From: Octopus bimaculoides
Taxonomy: Eukaryota
Assembly (NCBI RefSeq): GCF_001194135.2
Contig: NC_068999.1
Span: 6,344,232 to 6,388,490, forward strand
Direction: 5' to 3'
Length of the DNA stretch: 44,259 nucleotides
The notes beneath the pieces are model-generated. The model was given only the letters and a program-made list of their open reading frames with translations, did not search any database and was not told the origin of the DNA. Positions 36,817 through 44,259 of the stretch are shown here, in pieces (positions within the stretch are counted from its first letter, which is position 1; each line of letters opens with the position of its first letter). The position numbers and the translations under genes are program-made.

Positions 36817-37423
36817 GCATTTCTTTTCTTTGTTGTTTTACTGTTTGCGTCGACTTTTAATGTAATGATAGCATGAAGACTTAAGACATATTTTGGATTG
36901 CTGCCAAAAACCGTCACAACATCCACTAGTATCAACCCCACCACCACCACCAGCATTACCACCCACAACCAGCAACACGTTTATCATCACCATTACAATC
37001 ACAATCAACAGAACCTATTTTTAATGGGACTTCGTGAAATATTCCAAGTTTATACCACCTAGATTCACCATTAGAAATCTTGGCCACATTTTGAAACGTA
37101 TTGTCTATGGTTGATTTTTGTTTTCATTCTTTATTATATCAAATTTGTAATTTTTGTATTTGTTTATTAATTTTCTTTTTAGTGACTTGTGGCATACTTT
37201 CGAAAATTTATCTTTTTGTTGCTGTTCTTGTTGGAGTTTATTTTGTTTTTCTGTTGTTTGACGTTTGGGTTGTTGTTTTTTGTGTTGTATGGTGGGGTTG
37301 TTTTTGCCGCTTTTTATTCCAAATTTGCTATAACAAATAGTGCGATAATACACTGCGTTTACACATCTGTTATCATAAATGTAGTGTCTGTATATTTATA
37401 CACACACACCCAAAAACTCACAC

Positions 37424-37461
<38 letters not shown>

Positions 37462-37626
37462 NNNNNNNNNNNNNNNNNNNNNNNNNNNNNNNNNNNNNNN
37501 NNNNNNNNNNNNNNNNNNNNNNNNNNNNNNNNNNNNNNNNNNNNNNNNNNNNNNNNNNNNNNNNNNNNNNNNNNNNNNNNNNNNNNNNNNNNNNNNNNNN
37601 NNNNNNNNNNNNNNNNNNNNNNNNNN

Positions 37627-37664
<38 letters not shown>

Positions 37665-38432
37665 TAATAATGGATGCGCTCGGTGCGCGGCAATTTTACT
37701 GTTAAGCTTTTGCCCGTTGGTGTCAATTGCATTAAGGTCCCAATGTGTTTGTGATCACTCGTGAATCGGTGGAGTCTGAAGAAGGCTATAACATAATATA
37801 AAGAGCATATGAATAAAGAAAACATATAGGCTTGTACTTGATATTCCCTTAGGGACCGAAACCACCATCTCGCGATCGTGGGTGCTACGCCCCAACCATA
37901 GGCCATCCGTCCTCATTTATATATGTGTGTGTATTTGTGTGTGTATGTATGTTTTGCGTTTGCTTATGTATGTGCGAGTGGTAAGTAGAATCACGTGAAC
38001 CTGCCAAGGAATATCCTAGTACGAATAACAGAGCCTCTTGTTCCATCAGAATTCTACAAAAGGAATTCTTAAATACATTGGATTACATCAAGTGCCTATA
38101 ATCAGTTAAACAAGCGAATTATGAACCTGAAATATAACAGTATAGATATACGGCCATGTGTCTCTAAATAGTATACTTCCTGAGCATCTGCATCTTTGTG
38201 TCACTACTCGGGTCCTTACAATAAATAGGATCCCAAGAATTGCTTCTACAAAAAGCTGCTATGTACGGATCGTTCATCATAAAAGTGAAAAGCATCCGGA
38301 AGGCGAAAGAAGCAAAGAGGTTTTGTATCGCTGGAAAATGATGCGTTCCAATCAAGCAATTTGTTTGCAAAATCACAGAGGATTAGATCAATACTTTAAA
38401 CGTTAATCATTCCCCACCCCTTTCACTAACTC

Positions 38433-38470
<38 letters not shown>

Positions 38471-38952
38471 ATACGTACGCAGACACACACATATACTATG
38501 TACAAGAGACTCACACCAGCACGCACACATACACGGCATACATGTATACACACGTACATACATATATATATATATATATNNNNNNNNNNNNNNNNNNNNN
38601 NNNNNNNNNNNNNNNNNNNNNNNNNNNNNNNNNNNNNNNNNNNNNNNNNNNNNNNNNNNNNNNNNNNNNNNNNNNNNNNNNNNNNNNNNNNNNNNNNNNN
38701 NNNNNNNNNNNNNNNNNNNNNNNNNNNNNNNNNNNNNNNNNNNNNNNNNNNNNNNNNNNNNNNNNNNNNNNNNNNNNNNNNNNNNNNNNNNNNNNNNNNN
38801 NNNATATACATACGTATACATATATATTACATATTAATATACATAGACATACATTCGTTTGAAGAGGTATACGCTTTCTAATTCATTCAGTGTATCTTGT
38901 ATCAATTTATGTAATACTATATATAAGTTGATAGATAGATAAATAGATAGAC

Positions 38953-39013
<61 letters not shown>

Positions 39014-39031
39014 TAAATGCGTGTTTTAGTC

Positions 39032-39088
<57 letters not shown>

Positions 39089-39675
39089 TACCATAAACAA
39101 CATTGACTAAACAATACAGCTAAATGGATTGTTATTTTAACAAACAGATTTTTTTTACCTCTTCTGTTTACATTGATGTCTCTTATATCGTTGATAACAT
39201 TACTAATGTATCATTTTATCATCCAGTTTAACCACAATAAAAACTTAGTTAAGCAAATCATCGCTGAATAGTGTTTCATTGTATTGGCTAAACTACTTTT
39301 ATTGTGTTATTCTAAAAGCATCTTAACTTGTGGAGTAATCCTAGAATATTCGTGGTAATTATATTAGCTGGTTTATGTTAAACCGTTTTATTATAAATCG
39401 TTGGTGTTGCTAATGGTTGCGATTCATTTTAGCAGATTGGATAAAAGCGCCGAAGAAAATGTCTTGTGTATATTTGCCTCACTTTATATCCAGGGTCCAA
39501 ACATCCCTAATATCTTTTTTTTTTTTCCACTTTGGGCAAGAAGATATACCATTAAATGCTGAGATCCCATACACTCGCTTACGCATTTATCGTCATACAC
39601 ACATCTAATTTAAGGGCAATTTGTTTTTTTATTCTCGCATATATGTGATTGGCGAGCATATAAGGGTGACTGCTA

Positions 39676-39897
39676 AAGCGGTTACTTGGCAGAATCATTT
39701 CTAATGCCGGTGAAATTGCTTAGCAGCATTTCGTCTGTATTTATGTTCTGAGTTCAAATCTAACCGAGGTCGACTTTGCCTTTCATCCTTTCGGTCTCAA
39801 TGTATTAAGTACCAGTTAAGTACTAGGTGGGGTCGATACAATCGATTAGCTCCGTTCTCCAAAATATCATGCCTTGTGGCAATAGTGGAGAAAATAT
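39676..39897 (+). mobile_element. tRNA-type SINE (family A)
   Basis: ttggcagaatc...gcttagcagcatttcgtc...ttctgagttcaaatctaaccgaggtcgactttgcctttcatcctttcgg...aagtaccagt...ggggtcgat...gccttgtggcaatagt. Confidence 0.85.
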
Positions 39898-42631
39898 TCG
39901 CGTTCCTACTAGAAATTTGTCAATCAAGTGTTATTTCACTATGACGATAATTCGTAGTCTATGCGTGGAATTGGTATTAAATGAAATAATTCTGAAACAG
40001 TCAAGAACACAATACCCTTGGATGCGAAAGTATTTGACTAAATATGAAATAATTATGTCTATTCAATTCACTTTTCATTCATATTTTAAGGTGTGAAAGG
40101 TTTTGTCGCACCACTATGGCCATGTCACTGACTCAGTTGAACTTTGGCTGAGTGACCAGGTCGTAGTGTCATGATCAAACATTTGATATCTGAAATGAAA
40201 TCTGAATTTAACTGAATTTATATGCTTTTAGGTTGTGAAATAAATATTCCGTGGTGTAAGTTGGTTTCAAAACTCAGTTTTAGATTAAGTCACTAGACAG
40301 ACATTTACACCTTTGAAATGATAAATATTTTATACAATAATACATTAAGCATAAGAAATACTCCTGAATTTGATATATTTTTGTATATGAAATCTTTCAA
40401 TTTATTGAAATGCTCATAGTGACAGACATGTAATTAAAATGTGACCGGGAAGAATCGCAAGACGGATTCTATAAGAAGAGTCAATTGGTAGGAGATCTGG
40501 GGGAGAAAAACAACGGGATGGTGAAGTAATATTCATACTGTTTGTTAGTCATGCTTGGGAATCCAGCGGAAAAGTATATTTATGGTTGGGTCTGAGAGAA
40601 CCCAATGGAGGATCCTATCAGAAGTTAACCTGGGGTTTCTAACCCTACCAGCCCTCCCAGGAATAGTGGGCGGAGTAAATGGATGGATGGATGAATGGGT
40701 GGATGGACGGATGGATAAAGAAATATTGCTCAGAGCTTCTTAAATGTGAAAAGAGAATTAATAGTTTATCAATTACTAACATATTCCAAGTTAATCAATT
40801 ATCCACAGAGGAAAATTGGTTAACAAACAATTATAAACCAGGGATCACCATATTCCTAGCAATCTCCAGCTTATATTAATTCGTTAACTGCTTCTTCTCT
40901 GTACATATACATTAAGAATTATCAAATCCTGAATAGATTCTTTGCTTTATAAGACATTTTCTTCGTGATTTCTTTATTCTAATGTCACAATACATCGAGC
41001 GATCTTCCACGATTATATTTTTGGAAATTTTATTGTTTAAGTATTTTTCTAAAAAAAAAAAATGTATATCGTAGATTATGATTCCCATTTCTAAAACCCC
41101 GACAACTGCCACTCTATAAGAACACTGTGATATTCCAACTCTGCGATATTTATTTCGCACCATGCCTACTATAGTTCTCTCTTTAAACATATTTCTTATA
41201 ATTTCGTTCTTTCAGTTGTTTGTCATCTCCTGAGATGATTCATGGCTCTCACTGAACATAATTTAAACGATGCAAAACAACATTTTATTCTACGATTTTC
41301 TTCCAGTAGAGAAAGATGGTAGCATGATAACAATACAAATTCGGTTTTACAGAGTTTCTAAAGTTACGTAAAGTTGCAGCGGAATAAAAAAAATGCCGAA
41401 GTCAAAAGATGGAAGAATACGCGAGATATTACTAACATTTGAGCAGCACCAGAGTTCTTAGGATGTGTGTAAAATGGAATCTGTCGTCAGTAACCTAGAA
41501 GGAAACTAATTTCCGATCGCTTTAACGAGATAGCAACGGTACGTGTGGGCGAGAGCAGTTCTGAATGGATGGCTGTCATAAGCAGTGTAGAAGTTGATGT
41601 TTTCTTTTTGAAATATAGAAGACATAGAAAACTATCATACTATAAACGCGCGCGTGTGTGTGCGTGTGTGTTTGCTTGCAGGTGTGTCTGTGTGTATCTG
41701 TCATTTAGTATTTAGAGTAAACAATAACTTTCCAAGACCAAAAATCCAAGTTTAAGTTTTCCTTTCCTTCTTTACATTCGGTTCACATGTAAGCAGCTGT
41801 CACCTGTAGTAAACTAATCATCAATGAAATTTTGACAGCCAATTTTGAGGGTATCATTTCGAAGGAAACAGAACAATATTAGTCTCTGTACACGGTGCTG
41901 CTTAATGACAGAGAGTTCCCTGGAATACTGATGGTGATTTAACTGCAAAGGAAGACGTTACAAAACATATCTTGCTACTGACTCACTTGCACGTTTATGA
42001 CTAACAGCCTCGATTCAGTTGTATCTACTCACGTTACCACGGAATCATCGCCGCTGGAATTTACGAAGAAAAACAAACGAGGGGTAAAAATTTACCAACA
42101 TATCAAAATATCTGCGATACGAAGTCTATACTTTGAAAATATTTGAACTTAGCAAACCGGCATCAAACGAGGAATAATATTGCAACGAGACAAAAAGTGC
42201 AGTTTGTTAAACAGAAAATAATCAATCTCACACCCATGATATGCGCCGGTCAAAACACACGTATATAATTACACACACAAACCATACACATCCGTACATA
42301 CATGCACGCACATACACAAACTCACACACACACATATATGTTTATATATAAGGGGATAAGTGTCCGTATAAATAAAAAAATTATGATTAAAAAAATTAAA
42401 CGATGAGTTAAAGTTGGAAAAGGTACAACAGTATATTTTTGAGACTGCTTAATAGTTTTGTTACAGTGAGTGATTTAAAATATAACCAGTTTCGATGTAT
42501 CCATCTTATCAAATATAGAAAAACAATTTTAGGGAAGTTAAAGAGAAAAATATGAGGGTAACAAATTCACAAACACACAAACTTGCCAGTTATTATTATA
42601 GATATGTGTGTATGTATGTATTAGGATACAC

Positions 42632-42678
<47 letters not shown>

Positions 42679-43665
42679 NNNNNNNNNNNNNNNNNNNNNN
42701 NNNNNNNNNNNNNNNNNNNNNNNNNNNNNNNNNNNNNNNNNNNNNNNNNNNNNNNNNNNNNNNNNNNNNNNNNNNNNNNNNNNNNNNNNNNNNNNNNNNN
42801 NNNNNNNNNNNNNNNNNNNNNNNNNNNNNNNNNNNNNNNNNNNNNNNNNNNNNNNNNNNNNNNNNNNNNNNNNNNNNNNNNNNNNNNNNNNNNNNNNNNN
42901 NNNNNNNNNNNNNNNNNNNNNNNNNNNNNNNNNNNNNNNNNNNNNNNNNNNNNNNNNNNNNNNNNNNNNNNNNNNNNNNNNNNNNNNNNNNNNNNNNNNN
43001 NNNNNNNNNNNNNNNNNNNNNNNNNNNNNNNNNNNNNNNNNNNNNNNNNNNNNNNNNNNNNNNNNNNNNNNNNNNNNNNNNNNNNNNNNNNNNNNNNNNN
43101 NNNNNNNNNNNNNNNNNNNNNNNNNNNNNNNNNNNNNNNNNNNNNNNNNNNNNNNNNNNNNNNNNNNNNNNNNNNNNNNNNNNNNNNNNNNNNNNNNNNN
43201 NNNNNNNNNNNNNNNNNNNNNNNNNNNNNNNNNNNNNNNNNNNNNNNNNNNNNNNNNNNNNNNNNNNNNNNNNNNNNNNNNNNNNNNNNNNNNNNNNNNN
43301 NNNNNNNNNNNNNNNNNNNNNNNNNNNNNNNNNNNNNNNNNNNNNNNNNNNNNNNNNNNNNNNNNNNNNNNNNNNNNNNNNNNNNNNNNNNNNNNNNNNN
43401 NNNNNNNNNNNNNNNNNNNNNNNNNNNNNNNNNNNNNNNNNNNNNNNNNNNNNNNNNNNNNNNNNNNNNNNNNNNNNNNNNNNNNNNNNNNNNNNNNNNN
43501 NNNNNNNNNNNNNNNNNNNNNNNNNNNNNNNNNNNNNNNNNNNNNNNNNNNNNNNNNNNNNNNNNNNNNNNNNNNNNNNNNNNNNNNNNNNNNNNNNNNN
43601 NNNNNNNNNNNNNNNNNNNNNNNNNNNNNNNNNNNNNNNNNNNNNNNNNNNNNNNNNNNNNNNNN

Positions 43666-43721
<56 letters not shown>

Positions 43722-44134
43722 ATATATTCAGGTACGTAAAAGATGTTTGTCGTGTATATTTACATGCCTTGAAGTCTGTTGCGTGTGTATATGTACCCGT
43801 TGTGTCTGCGTCCTCATGTGTGCTTATGTGCTGTATACGTATGTACTTCTGTCTTTGTGCGTATTTATATCTTCAACTCTCTTTTTTCTCTGCTCCTACC
43901 ACGTGACGTTGTTTACTGTATAGAACGAAAATATATACTGGATTTGGCCAAAAATATTTGGTTGTAGCATCTGCCATGCTAAAAAAATATATTCTTACAT
44001 GCATACGTACACGGATACCTACATTGATATATAGTCACATATATACACAAATATACATAAAAATACAAATGTATATTTGTATTTTGCATTTATATATATA
44101 TGTATTTTTCTAAAAAATAATTTTCCTTTTACTT

Positions 44135-44213
44135 CTTTCAGCCGTTTGACCGCGAACATGCTAGGGCACCGCCTTGGCGGGTTTTAGTCGAAAAAATCGA
44201 CCCCATGGCATTT

Positions 44214-44215
<2 letters not shown>
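44135..44215 (+). mobile_element. Short interspersed repeat fragment (SINE-like)
   Basis: gaccgcgaacatgctagggcaccgccttggcgggttttagtcgaaaaaatcgacccc, recognised from memory as a common interspersed repeat; not verified. Confidence 0.4.

Positions 44216-44259
<44 letters not shown>

Larger units (their letters stand above)
1..44259. other. Microsatellite-dense non-coding DNA with ~18 scaffold gaps, most bordered by simple repeats
   Basis: Examples: gaps 1731-2165, 14888-15755, 16266-16953, 20509-21017, 23938-24505, 28092-28612, 42679-43665. Most flanks are (TA)n, (CA)n, (GA)n or (TACA)n. Confidence 0.95.

Noticed and set aside
37757-37870. CTGAAGAAGG with a 4-bp ACTC/GAGT stem and a later CCGAAACCACC
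   Set aside because: Stems II and III cannot be formed in register, so it is not a credible hammerhead.
38215-38300. LQKAAMYGSFII resembling the C-terminus of an REL-endonuclease LINE
   Set aside because: Similarity too short and weak to call.
29-43967. Long ORFs in the six-frame track (poly-YI, CV, HT, RE, LSIY, X-runs)
   Set aside because: They are translations of microsatellites and N-gaps, not proteins.

Overview
This is gapped, AT-rich, non-coding animal genomic DNA, saturated with microsatellites (TA, CA, GA, TACA, GATA, TAG, AAT) and broken by about 18 N-gaps. The repeat families resemble those I recall from octopus (cephalopod) genomes; that assignment is inference. I found no convincing host-gene exon, and almost all tracked ORFs are translations of microsatellites or N-runs. 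Interpretable content is decayed mobile DNA: several Tc1/mariner transposase fragments and a mariner MITE, RTE-like LINE fragments, a Penelope-like GIY-YIG fragment, at least three tRNA-type SINE families (two copies with clear TSDs) and a short 28S rRNA-derived fragment. The main unexpected signal is a set of hammerhead-ribozyme (HHR) motifs of different architectures. One at 3232-3365 (-) has a fully intact catalytic core and folds as a type III HHR with a GUC cleavage site. A minimal Penelope-type HHR lies at 14710-14768 (-) and is repeated at 15764-15822. A near-canonical type I motif lies at 1536-1616 (+), and there are three relics. All folds were derived by eye and none has been tested for activity.
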